Shown one piece after another: positions 24,722 to 35,666 of a stretch of DNA of 64,000 bases. The notes beneath the pieces were generated by a model. The model ran no database searches and was not told the origin of the DNA. It saw only the letters and a list, made by a program, of their open reading frames with translations. Source of the DNA: Balamuthia mandrillaris (lineage: Eukaryota); assembly GCA_031835245.2 (NCBI GenBank), contig JAVKOQ020000043.1, forward strand, positions 124,001 through 188,000. The letters are read 5' to 3'. Both the position numbers and the translations under genes were made by a program. Within the stretch, counting starts at the first letter, position 1. Each line of letters begins with the position of its first letter.

Positions 24722-25642
24722 CTTTTGTCTTTTCCTTTCTTTCTGTTATCCGTTAATGCCTCTGTGAAAGTCTTGAAGAAAAAAGCCTTGCAAGTCTCTC
24801 AAGCTATAAAACAACAATAAACAAAACAAAGTCCCAAACACAAAATGGCAAAATGCGCTTTGCAAGTTTTTTTTTTTTTGGCGAGGAGACTGAAGTTGCT
24901 TGCAACAGGCAGGTCTTCCGCTTTCTGCCTTTCCTTTTGGCAAGGGAAACGAACCAAAGAGGGGAGCGGGCTGGGCCACTCTCTCTGCTTTGTTCTCTTG
25001 TAATTATATAAACTTCGCACAAATTATACAAAAACAGAAACATGCAACGAAAAACGAAAACAAGAAAAAACATTTCGCAATGAAATGCAAAAAAACCCTT
25101 TTGTTCTTGGTTTGGTCCGCGGAAGCCTGTCGTGGCAACAAGCCAAAGAGGAAAGGAGAAGAAGAAGACCAAGCGAGATGCCCACGAAAAGTAGCAAGCA
25201 GGCAAGAAAACAAAGCAAGCAGAGACACCATCGAAGAGAGAGAGAGAGGGAGAGAGAGAGAAGAGAGAGCTCTGAGGTCTGGTCTAATAGGGGGACAAAA
25301 ACACCAGCAGATTGGCTCGTATGTCGACATATTTTTTTCTTGGAAAAGTGTCGACACGCCAGAAATCCCCAACGCAAAAAAAATAAAATAGAGAAAAGAA
25401 AGTAGCAAGCGAGGGAGAGCGCAGTGCCGCAGCAATTTGAATCACTCCACAAAACAAACATAACGTACATGAATAAGTTTCTTTTTCTGTTTTTCTTTTT
25501 TTCTTCTTCTTCTTCCAAGTGTTCGTTCATCTTTTTGGCGTGTGCCACTTTTTTTTTTGGGTTCGGTTCATCATCTCTTTGTCGCTGCTACTCTGACACG
25601 AATTTTTTTTTTTGTTTTTTTTAAACTTTGTTGAACAGACGA

Positions 25643-26854
25643 ATGGAAGATCCTACAAGACACGAAGCTCCCGCCACGGACGACCTGAACTTCCCTAAAT
25701 ATGACTACTCCAACGAAGGTTTAGCCAACATCGGAGATCAGTACAACGTCAGCATAGATCTGGAGACGTCCAACCCCATGCTGGCCGTCAGCGCTCCCCA
25801 AGGAGCCGAATACATCTACGAAGGCGGTCCCCCGCGGCGAAAAGTAAACAGCACTGATCGCTTCCAGTGGATTGTCGGTTCCTCTTTTTTGATTGGTATT
25901 TAATTTCTCGCTTCTTCTTTCTCTCTTGCTCCTTGTTTTTGCTTTTGGCTTCCCTCTTTGCTTTCTGTCTTCTATCTTTTTGTAATCTCTTGTCGTTTTT
26001 TTTTTTTTTTTGCTTTCGCTCTCGCTCTCCTCTCTCCTCTCTCCGCTGTCTGTTAAAATTTTCTTCGCTGCTCTCTTCATGCTAGTCTCTATCTCTGCTT
26101 TTTCCCTCTGTTTGTTTGTCTCGCTTTTCCTCTCTCTTCTCTCTATCTCTCCTCTCACGCTCTTATTTATTTTTTTGTTTTTGCAACGAAACAGGTGGAT
26201 TGTTGGGAGGGATAAGAGCATTGCCAGGCACGTTGCGGGCATTGTATCCCGCTCTGAGAGGCAGAGCCCCCTTACGGACGTCCATGGCCACGGCCTCCAA
26301 CGTCCTTATGAGCAACAGAGGTCTTAGTTTGGCTCCAAAATTGGCTGGTTTTGGTACTTTCTCTCTTCTGTCTCCTTCTTCTCACATCTCTCTTATCTTT
26401 TTGCTCCTCTCGTTTGATCTTTTGTAACTTTTATTTTTGTTTAACCTAAGTTTGTTTTTCTACTTTTGTAACAAAAGGTGTTATTTATTCGGGTTCGGAA
26501 GTTCTGATTTCTGTGATGAGGCGGAAAGAGGACCGCCTCAACTACGCTGCTGCTATCACGGCTGCTCCTATCATCTTCTTTTCTTCTAGTAAGTTTATTT
26601 CTCCTTTTCCAAACAAAAAAAAAAAGATAAGTAAGAAACATACTAACACACGAAACAAACAACCAAACATAGGTCATTACAAATCTGCAATGGCGGGAAT
26701 TGGTGGCGTAATTGCCGCTTCCTTGTTCATTTGGGCACACAAAAGAGACCTTGGCGATCTGCAAACCTACTTTCCGGTCAGCGACCAAGCCGCCACAGGA
26801 GACTATGGCTTTCATGGCGAACATGCACAAGGCGGATTGGCTTCTTTTTCCTAA
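25643..26854 (+). CDS. Tim17/Tim22/Tim23-family membrane protein (Tim23-like), 4 coding exons
   Basis: Acidic N-terminus ending in EYIY, then GSSFLIGGLLGG, GVIYSGSEVLISVMRRKEDRLNYAAA and AMAGIGG. Confidence 0.72.
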
Positions 26855-26865
26855 AAATACAAACT

Positions 26866-26960
26866 CTTTTCTTTTCTTTTCTTTTCTTTTCTTTTCTTTT
26901 CTTTTCTTTTCTTTTCTTTTCTTTTCTTTTCTTTTCTTTTCTTTTCTTTTCTTTTCTTTT
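26866..26960. repeat. (CTTTT)n perfect microsatellite just after the Tim23-like stop codon
   Basis: Seen directly. Confidence 0.95.
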
Positions 26961-27313
26961 TTTTTATCGTATTATACAATATCGATAAAAATATCGTAGA
27001 TGATTGTCTACAAAAATAATATTTAGTATATGTCGACATATTGTGACCAAAAAAAAAACCAAAAGGAAAAGAAGACAAAGAGGAAAGAAGAGGAAGTCGA
27101 GGAAGGAAGAAACGGTTTTTCGCTTCAAACTCTGGTGGAGAAGTCAGAAGGTTCTTTGGCCACCGTGTGTTGTAACGCGGAGCCTTACTACTGCGCCTTT
27201 GCTTTTTTTTTCTTTTTGTTATTTCAACAACCCCAACCCTTCCACATCACATCGCTTTGCGACGCCCCATTTTTCTTTTTTTTTTAAGCCAACGTATTTA
27301 TTTTTATTGAACG

Positions 27314-28606
27314 ATGGGAGTCATCTTTGCAAAGTTATGGCAAACTTTCTTTCACTACGATGAGTTCAAAGTCATCATCGTCGGTCTCAACAATGCTGGC
27401 AAAACCACTACTCTGTATAAACTGTAAGTCAAGCGAAAACCTTTTTCTGTTTGTTCGTTTTTTTTTTTTTTTTGGATTTTGTTTGTTGATTTCTTGTGCT
27501 CCCCTTTCTTTTTCTTGTTCTTTTTTAAAAAAGTCTATTGGATGAGGTGGTAGCGACGGCACCCACGATTGGCAGCAATGTAGAGGAAATCATGTACAAA
27601 AACATAAAGTTTGTAATGTGGGACATAGGAGGCCAGGAGGCCGTCAGGGCCTCTTGGAACACCTACTATGTAAATACTCATGTACGCAGTGCGCCCTTCC
27701 CGTTTTCTCCTTTTCCTTCTCCTTCTCTCCTTCTCTCCTTCTCTCCTTCTCCTTTTTCTGTCTCGTAGCTCTTCTCGCTCTTCTGCTTTCTTTTTCTCTC
27801 GCTTCTCTTCTCACTTCTTTATATTGTATCTCTCTTCTTTTCTTCTTTTCTACGTGTTCTTCTTGCTCGCCTTGCTTCTATTCCTGCTCTATTTCCCCTC
27901 TTCTCTTTGAGCTTATTTTGTTTGGTTTTGAACTGACTTTTCGCTTTTTTGCGTTTCGCATTGGTATGGTCGCTGCTTTATCCTCTTGTTCTTCTTCATT
28001 CTTTTTTTCCTCTTAGGCGGTGATAATGGTGATTGATAGTACAGACAGGAAGGGCATCCCTGTGGTTAAAGAGGAGCTTGATAAAATGTTGAGCCACGAG
28101 GTAAGTTTCTGTTCTTTTGTTCTTTTCTTTTTGTTGTTTTTGGTTCTCGTTCTTTCATATCGGTTTTTAGTGCTTCACATTCTTTCTCTTTTGAATCATC
28201 GTGTTTCCTTCCTTGATTTGTTTTTTGTTTTTGTTTTTTGCTCATTCTCTCTTCATTGAACTCTTCTGATCTCTCTCACTTGCATATAAACCCTAACCGT
28301 GCCTGTGATACACACGACCGCAGAACCTAAAACAAGCAAGGATATTGGTGTTTGCCAACAAGCAAGACCTCAAAGGCGCAATGAGCGCTGCAGAGATCTC
28401 GGAAGCCCTGAACCTCCACGCTGTTAAAGATCACGAATGGCACATTCAAAAGAGCTGTGCGTTGACAGGAGAAGGGTAACATATTCTCTTTGCTTTTAAC
28501 AGAATTTGTTTTCAAAAAAAGAAAGAAAGAAAGAAATCCTGACCACAACCCACCAAACAGACTATTTCAAGGAATGGATTGGCTTGCGCATCAACTTGGG
28601 CAGTGA
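27314..28606 (+). CDS. ARL5: Arf-like small GTPase Arl5, 5 exons
   Basis: MGVIFAKLW (myristoylation Gly), [37 protein letters not shown] and [15 protein letters not shown]. Confidence 0.92.
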
Positions 28607-28899
28607 CCTATGTTCCTCTTGCTTCTTCCCTTCTTTTTTTGTCAAAGCTTTTTTCTTGTTCGATCGAACAAAGATTAGATCAAAATATTTGAAATTTGAT
28701 TGGTTAGATCAATACTCGGAGTTTCCCACTCCGAATTACTTTTTGTGGGCTTTGTGACGTCAGGTGCTCAGAAGAAGGGGTGTTCTTCCCATCCTCCGTC
28801 CTTCGTCTTCTCTCTCCCCCCATATTTTTTCGCAAGAGCAGCCAAGGGAACACTTCCGCCCGTTCAGCAAAGCCTTTGCCTACCCCCTGTATTTTCGCA

Positions 28900-29433
28900 A
28901 TGGGACGTCAACCAGTGAGGTAAGTGTGTATCTGTGGCAGAGGAAGAAGTGGGGAGTGAAAGAGGAGAGTTCCACTTTCCAACGTTGTAAAATGTTATTC
29001 TAATCTTGTTATTTCTTTTGCCTTGCAGACTTTACTCCAAGGGAACTTTTGTCGGATTCCCTAGGCATGTGATCTTTCAACACCTTTCTCTCTGCACCTT
29101 TCTCCCTCTTTGCTCTTTTCTCCCTCGCCCCCTTCTGACCTGTTCCTGTACTTCTACAGGGGACGCCACCACCAGAACAACGATGTGGCCCTCGTAAAGA
29201 TTGAGGGTGTGCAGACCAAGGAAGACACAAAGTTCTACCAAGGCAAGAGGATTGCTTACGTCTACCGTGCACACAGAAAGCGAGCTGGTGACAGCAAGAT
29301 CCGCGTTATCTGGGGAAAGGTTGTGAACTCCCACGGAAACAGCGGAGCTGTCCGAGCGAGGTTCAGGAACAACTTGCCTCCCCGCGCTATGGGCGCTCAG
29401 GTCCGAGTCATGCTCTACCCATCTACCGTCTAA
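28900..29433 (+). CDS. RPL35A: 60S ribosomal protein eL33 (L35a), 3 exons
   Basis: MGRQPVRLYSKG...ALVKIEGV...FYQGKRIAYVYRA...IWGKVVNSHGNSGAVRARFRNNLPPRAMGAQVRVMLYPS. Confidence 0.97.
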
Positions 29434-29706
29434 GCCGCCAGCGGCCATGACACAACACTTAAGAAACAACGCAAATCCAGGGGGATGAACAACGGTGGAG
29501 TTTGAGACTTCTTTAGTCTCCAATAAACCATTAGAGGCAAGAATCACTTTCTCCATTTCACTTTTTTGTATTGGTTCTGCTCCCTTGATCTTTCGCGAAG
29601 CTAGAGAAAAGAAGGGAAGAAAGAGAATGAAGAGAGAGACAGAAGAGTGAACAAGCGAAGCAGTTTGTTTTTCTTTGATGCTTTATTTTTCGATTTGGGT
29701 GCAACT

Positions 29707-32700
29707 TTACAAAGGTGGACCACCACCCCACCTATCAGACATGTCTTGAAGGCGGCGGTGATGAAGGTGCGATGACGATGAAGGATGCCCAAGTCCAAGG
29801 CTAGAAATGGGCGGCAAAATGTTGTTGCTGGGAGAATGCGGCGGAGAAGACAACGGAGAGAAAGGAGGCGGGGAAGGCGACAACGGAGGGGAATCCCTGT
29901 TTGCCGCGGTAGATGCTGTATGTCCTCCAAAGGCCACACCCGATGAAGTCGTTGTTGCGTTTGCTGTCGGAAGCGGCAACACAAATGCCGCTGCTTCAGC
30001 AGAAGACGGTGCGGAGGGAGAAGAAACAGGAGAAGAAAAGATGGAATCTCGTCGAGAGGACGCTGCAAAGCAGGAAGAATCCGTGGATGCCGAACCGGCA
30101 CCTGCTTGGGACTTGGGGATGCAGATCTCCAACAGACCCGTCGAGAAGGAGGTCTTTATCTCCTCCAGCTGAGCCTCCATGCAACAAGGCGGAAGATCGA
30201 CGGAAACCTCGTACTTTGCCTCCAATCCAGCAGCGGCCGCATCGGCAACGGCCATCATTGCGTTGGGCACGCTCGTTCGTCGCTGCATTTGATTCTCTCC
30301 TCGTTTCGTAGAAGAAAGAATCGGAATGGAAGCTTGATCCTCGTCTGGAGTAACAGCAGCTCCAGCGGGGAGAGAGGCTCTTCGCCCTCTGCGCGAACGA
30401 CGAGCTCTACCATCTTTCTTCCCGGCAGCCTCTTTGTCAGCGTTGTTGAGAGATGAAGCGTTGTCCCTGGTACAAATAATTTTTAGAGTGCGGCCATTAA
30501 AGTCGAGCACGATGTCTCTCTTCCTGGCTCCGGAGAGCTCTGCAAAGACGAAGAAGTTGCTGGCAGTCTCGTGGGTGTAGGTCTTGGGCTCCACCGCCGA
30601 TAAGCCCTTGGCTTTGCCACCAACGACGATCCTGCCGCGAATGCCATTGTCGCTGCTCATCGACAGTTGTTGCTGATGTTTCTTTCCTGTTTGTTGTTTT
30701 CTGGAAAGGCGTTTGCTGCCGCGGGTGAGTGTTGTTGGTGCTGGTACTGTTGTTGATGAGGACGAGGGTGCTATCGGTTGTTCTTCAGGAGAGGACGATG
30801 CGGAGGATAAAAGAGGTTGTTGTGCTTGTGCTGCAAACATCATAATGTTAGAAGAAGAAGAGGATGGAGAAGATGGAGCAGAAGAGCAATGTCCAAATTG
30901 GAGTTGTTGCTGCTGTTGTTGATAGCGTTCCTGCAACCGTTGAAAGCGAGTGTGCGCCACCAGTGAGATTGAAGAAGAACCAGAAGGAGTCGGACAAAAT
31001 TGTTGTTGATCTGTTGTCGTCGCAGCAATATTCTTTGTAACAACAACGTCGGGAAAAGCGGAGGTGGAAGGAGAAGAAGGACTACTGTGATATGTTGTTG
31101 CAGTTGTCGTTGTTGGATGGTGAGAGGTTCGAAGAGAAGAGAAGGCAAAAGGAGATGAAGTGGAAATAGGTATGCCGATAGATTCTGCAGCAGCAGCCAC
31201 AGACGATTGGTGACGCTTTTGCTGTGTAAAAGTATTTTCCTCATCAATACTCGGCAACGAAGTGGTCGATGTCGGTGGGTTTCGTTTTCTACGACTTCGT
31301 TTGGTGATAGGTCCAGTTTCTTCTTGTTCCTCTTCTGCTTCTCCTTGTCGCTGTTGCTCGACTGCTGTTCTCGCAAATGCAACAAACTCGTGTGCAGGTA
31401 AACTCGAACGTCTTTTGCCTACTATCGGTTCTTTTCCACCAACAGAAAAACGGCGAGTGAAGGGTGCTTCTTTGGACGATGATGAAAAAGAAGTAGAATA
31501 AGACTTGGACTTAAGTTGTTGACGACTCTCTAACTCTTCGAAAATTGCAGCGGTGTCGATGTCTTCACCTGCGGAAGCTGCTGCGATCAGGTGAAGCGTT
31601 GAAGCTGCGCCGTAAACAGAATTGTTGTTGATGTTATTGTTGTTATTCTCGTAAGCGTTGAAGGTCGTAAAGGAGTGATGACTCTTTCTTCGTTGATGTG
31701 TGTTACGCTGTGAGATTGGCATCATTCTCTCTCCTCCTTCCATCGTCAAGCGTCTTGTAGTTTTCAATCTTCTTCTCTCTTCCATTTCTTGTTCGTCCAT
31801 TGAGGAGGTATCGCTATCTTCGTCTTCTTGTGGTTGGTATTTTTTCTTTGTCTGTCTCGTCTTTCTGTTGGTTGCTTTCTGAGCGCGAGCTTGTGGTTTG
31901 TTGCGAGCAGCTGTTGCTCTTCGTCGTCCTCTCTTTTTCTTCTCGACGGTCACTTCCTCCTCCTCTTCTTCCTCTTCCATTTCTTCCTTCATAAAACGTC
32001 GTGGTCGTTGACCAACTGCTCTTTCTTCTTGAAACTGTTGTCGTTTCCTTTCTTCCTCTTCAGCGTGCAACGTTATCTGTGCTGCTAAATTGGCTAAACT
32101 GAACGGAAACGTTGCATCGTTATTGTTGTCTCTCGCCACTGTTGTTGTTGCCGAAAATGGCGTAGCTGTTGTAACAGTAGTTGCTTCTTCTGCCTTTTCT
32201 GGAGGGCGATGATGACGGTGGCCATTGTACGTTTGTTGCTGCTGCTGCTGTTCTTCTCTTTCCTCAATCATCATTGCTGTTGAGCGGTCTTCGATCGATG
32301 CTGGTAGTTGTGACGAAGAAGGAAGCAAGCGTGCAGAAGGAGAAGAGGAAGCAACAACAGTGGCTGTCACCGGTCGCGCATTTGCCAATAGACTCCTTCC
32401 CACATCCTCCTCTGGGCCAAAGATGGTTTCCCCTCTCCTGCTCCCTCTTGATCTCCAGCTGTTGTTATCTTCAGCAGAGTCGATTGTAAGACTTCGCAAT
32501 CCTCCAGTCAATTGCTCAGAGCCTCTTCTTCTGTCAATGCCATCATACTCATTTTCGTTTGCCTCTTCTTTAACCCCATGTTCTTCCATGAATGTCGAGA
32601 AGTGTTGGAATTGTTGTAGTTGTTGCTGCTGTTGTTGAAATTGTTGTTGCAGTTGTTGCTGACCGGAAGCAGAAGAAGAATAAATGTCAAGCCGTTGATG

Positions 32701-33360
32701 GCGTTCGTAGTTTTGAACGAGGTTACGAAACTTGAGCGTGACTGGAATAGAACGAGGTTCTTCTCTCAGATGTTTAGCGTAGAGCATATCCAGCCTTCTT
32801 TGCAACTCGCTCTCTCTTGAAAGCCCGAGATTGTTAGCATCTACTCCACTGCCATCTGCATCACTTGTTTTGGCTGAAGATGATAAAGAGGAGGAAGAAG
32901 AGGACGAAGAAGATGAAAGAGCAAAGGGAGAGGAAGATATGGCAGCAGCGCTTAAAGATTCCAGTCTTTGGCGAAGGCTCTCCTCCTCTGGAGTTGTATG
33001 CACAAACACCAATTTACGGTCCTCTTCTTCTTGTAGTTGCGATGGATTCATCATCATCATCATCATGGAAGAAGCGATTTCACCTGTCGTCGATGGTCGT
33101 CGTCTTCTTTCTTCCGGTTCATCTTCCTTTTCTTGTCGCTGTTGGTGCGTTGAACCACTTCGATACCACCAACGTTGTTGATTCTCAACTTTGGCTTCTG
33201 CGTCTGCTTCTTCTTCGACTTCTTCAGCGTGTAGTAGCATACCAAGTCCGTTGTTGGGACGTTTCATGTGAAAACGTTGATGGTGATGCAAGTCGTCTGG
33301 TGATGAAGATGTCGTTGTGAGAGAAGAGCTATAGCGGTTCACGTGGCATACGTCTCCCAT
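29707..33360 (-). CDS. Large (about 1217 aa) low-complexity protein with C-terminal HSP20/alpha-crystallin-like domain; single coding exon
   Basis: Uninterrupted ORF. ACD-like halves ETASNFFVFAELSGARKRDIVLDFNGRTLKI and YEVSVDLP...EIKTSFSTGLLEICIPK. Confidence 0.72.
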   Translation of the reverse strand: MGDVCHVNRYSSSLTTTSSSPDDLHHHQRFHMKRPNNGLGMLLHAEEVEEEADAEAKVENQQRWWYRSGSTHQQRQEKEDEPEERRRRPSTTGEIASSMMMMMMNPSQLQEEEDRKLVFVHTTPEEESLRQRLESLSAAAISSSPFALSSSSSSSSSSLSSSAKTSDADGSGVDANNLGLSRESELQRRLDMLYAKHLREEPRSIPVTLKFRNLVQNYERHQRLDIYSSSASGQQQLQQQFQQQQQQLQQFQHFSTFMEEHGVKEEANENEYDGIDRRRGSEQLTGGLRSLTIDSAEDNNSWRSRGSRRGETIFGPEEDVGRSLLANARPVTATVVASSSPSARLLPSSSQLPASIEDRSTAMMIEEREEQQQQQQTYNGHRHHRPPEKAEEATTVTTATPFSATTTVARDNNNDATFPFSLANLAAQITLHAEEEERKRQQFQEERAVGQRPRRFMKEEMEEEEEEEEVTVEKKKRGRRRATAARNKPQARAQKATNRKTRQTKKKYQPQEDEDSDTSSMDEQEMEERRRLKTTRRLTMEGGERMMPISQRNTHQRRKSHHSFTTFNAYENNNNNINNNSVYGAASTLHLIAAASAGEDIDTAAIFEELESRQQLKSKSYSTSFSSSSKEAPFTRRFSVGGKEPIVGKRRSSLPAHEFVAFARTAVEQQRQGEAEEEQEETGPITKRSRRKRNPPTSTTSLPSIDEENTFTQQKRHQSSVAAAAESIGIPISTSSPFAFSSLRTSHHPTTTTATTYHSSPSSPSTSAFPDVVVTKNIAATTTDQQQFCPTPSGSSSISLVAHTRFQRLQERYQQQQQQLQFGHCSSAPSSPSSSSSNIMMFAAQAQQPLLSSASSSPEEQPIAPSSSSTTVPAPTTLTRGSKRLSRKQQTGKKHQQQLSMSSDNGIRGRIVVGGKAKGLSAVEPKTYTHETASNFFVFAELSGARKRDIVLDFNGRTLKIICTRDNASSLNNADKEAAGKKDGRARRSRRGRRASLPAGAAVTPDEDQASIPILSSTKRGENQMQRRTSVPNAMMAVADAAAAGLEAKYEVSVDLPPCCMEAQLEEIKTSFSTGLLEICIPKSQAGAGSASTDSSCFAASSRRDSIFSSPVSSPSAPSSAEAAAFVLPLPTANATTTSSGVAFGGHTASTAANRDSPPLSPSPPPFSPLSSPPHSPSNNILPPISSLGLGHPSSSSHLHHRRLQDMSDRWGGGPPL

Positions 33361-33473
33361 CAATTATGTTATTTTAGACCTCTCTTTTCGTTGCCTTTTC
33401 GTTTGTTTTTATTCGCCATTATTTTTTGAAGGAAAGGAAGTTAGTATTTTTTAAAAAAGAAGTAAATAAAGGT

Positions 33474-33508
<35 letters not shown>

Positions 33509-34330
33509 CTTGTGGTATGTTTCCGTCTTGCCTCCACCGATAAATAAAAAGACAAATGAATAAACAGAAAAGAAACTAACAAAGAGCCTCTTTCTCTTTC
33601 AACTTCTCTTCTCTTCTCTTCTCTTGCTATCCAAAGAAAACAAAACTAAACTAAACTAACAAAAAAAACTTTCGCTCTTCACTAAACACAGCGAAACGAA
33701 AAGAGACGAAAGAAATAGAGGAAAGAAGTAGAATTGGAGCAGAAAGTACGTCGTCGTTGTCGTTGTATTATCGTTCCACTTTCTCGAAGCCTCTCTGCTC
33801 GAATTCTCCCGTTTGGAGCCTGTTCTTTCCAGAGCCTATCTTTGAGTTTTCTTTCTCTATGTTTTTGTTTCCGTTTCGTCTATTTGTGTTTTCGTTTTTT
33901 TGTTTGTTTGTTTCATGAATAATAAAGTTAAAAACGTATGAAAACAACGGGAGAGAAGAGAGGAAACGGATGAGAGAGAGAGAGAGTGAACCCAAAAACA
34001 AAACAAAAAAACTAAAGCGTGTTAGTGTGTCTTTGTTGTTGTTGTTGTTATTAGTCTTTTGGGACTATGACATAAACGAAAAAAATAAAAAGAAAAAGGG
34101 TAAGCAACCATACAGAAAAACAAGAAACAAACAACACGAAAACTAGACAGAAAAGAAACAGGAAACAAAACAGAAAACATGTCAAAAAAAATATAGAGAG
34201 GAGGTGAAAAGAAAAAAGAAAAAAGAAAAAAAAAAGATGAAAACCCAAAAAATATATATATTGCGGGTGACATGAAGAACAGAAAAGAAGGCTAAATGTT
34301 GACAGTGAAGAAAAGCTGAAGAGGAATGAT

Positions 34331-34372
<42 letters not shown>

Positions 34373-34961
34373 CCGTTGTTGTGGAGATTATTGGATCAAA
34401 AAAATTGGGGAGGCGGCAAACACGATTGACAAGGGGGAACCGCTTCACCTCTGCTCTCTCTTTTGTTCTCTTCACCTTCGGAGAACTGGAAGAGAAAGAG
34501 AGAGAAAGAGAAAGGAGAGAGAGAGAATAATGAATATTCACCACCAAACTTAAAGTAAGTCGTAGAGAGTTGAGAGACACAAAAAAAAAACGCAAACCTG
34601 ACGTAGGGAGAGAGAGAGCTCAGCAGGGGAGAGAGAAAAATCTCTCTTTTTTTTTTTGTTTTTCCTTCTTCCTTTCTTTCAAATAAGATGAAAAAAAAAA
34701 CACAAAAGACGCAACTCGCTCGCTCGGAAGAAGAACTCCCAATAAAGTAAAACGAAAAACAAAAAAGAAAACCTGCAGGTGATGATTGGTATGCTCTTCC
34801 TCTCCTCTCCTCTCCTCTCTTTTTTATTCAGGCTCTCTGTCTGTTTCCCTCACCCCTTCCGCCGCGCGCAGAGCGTTTTGGTCAGCCCCCTTGTTTGGTT
34901 TTTGTTTTCTGCAAGTTTTCTGCGGAGATTCCTTCACTTTTTTTTTTCTTTGGTCTGTGGG

Positions 34962-35030
34962 GAATGAATTATCTGAAAATTATCGACGGCTGAGAAGGGG
35001 AGAGAATGAATTATCTGAAAATTATCGACG
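34962..35030. repeat. 27-bp direct repeat GAATGAATTATCTGAAAATTATCGACG, two copies with a 15-bp spacer
   Basis: Copies at 34962-34988 and 35004-35030. Confidence 0.9.
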
Positions 35031-35666
35031 TCATGCGATAATTCAAAAACAAAGCCAGCACAACAGGAGTGATGGGGAAAGGGAGTGCGGGAACAGCGCG
35101 GTTGAGAACTCTCCCTGTTGACGCGTGATGCTGGACATGCCACGCGGGTGTAGGAGACACTTTGCTTTTCCCGTCTGCATTCAAGTTCATTGACCCAGGA
35201 TAATTATCGATAAGTGACCTCGCGAGTATCGGGCCACGCAAGTAGGGACGAAACATAGGCAACATTCGGAAACCAGCAACGGAGTTGCACCAAATCAAAA
35301 AAATCACAAAACAATATCGGGATGGTGGGAAATCCAACCGAAATCACTGGGCGATCGCCCTTTTTAAGCACTCTTGCAGCCGGTTTTCTACGGATTGCCG
35401 CCGCTTGCTTCGCTCACCTTTCTGGGAAACTTCGTCCGGGGACCCATAATCCCAAAAATTGGCCCCCACTGTTACCGTCGACAACAAAGGTGACCTGTGA
35501 TGACATCACGCACTCTTTAAAAGGATAAAGTTCGTAATTTGAATGCCGAAAAAATCAAAAAAAGTTTTGTTCAAAAAAAGAGAAAGAAAAGAAAACAAAA
35601 AGTGTAGCACGAATCTCTCTCTCCAAGAAAATCACACTCTGAAAAAAAAAAAGAGACAAAGAAAGA

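Noticed and set aside
28288..28299. AACCCTAACC as a telomere seed or telomerase template
   Set aside because: A single copy at the branch-point position (CTAAC) of an ARL5 intron.
34962..35030. Possible mini-CRISPR (27-bp repeat x2)
   Set aside because: Only two copies, a 15-bp spacer, no cas genes and a eukaryotic context.
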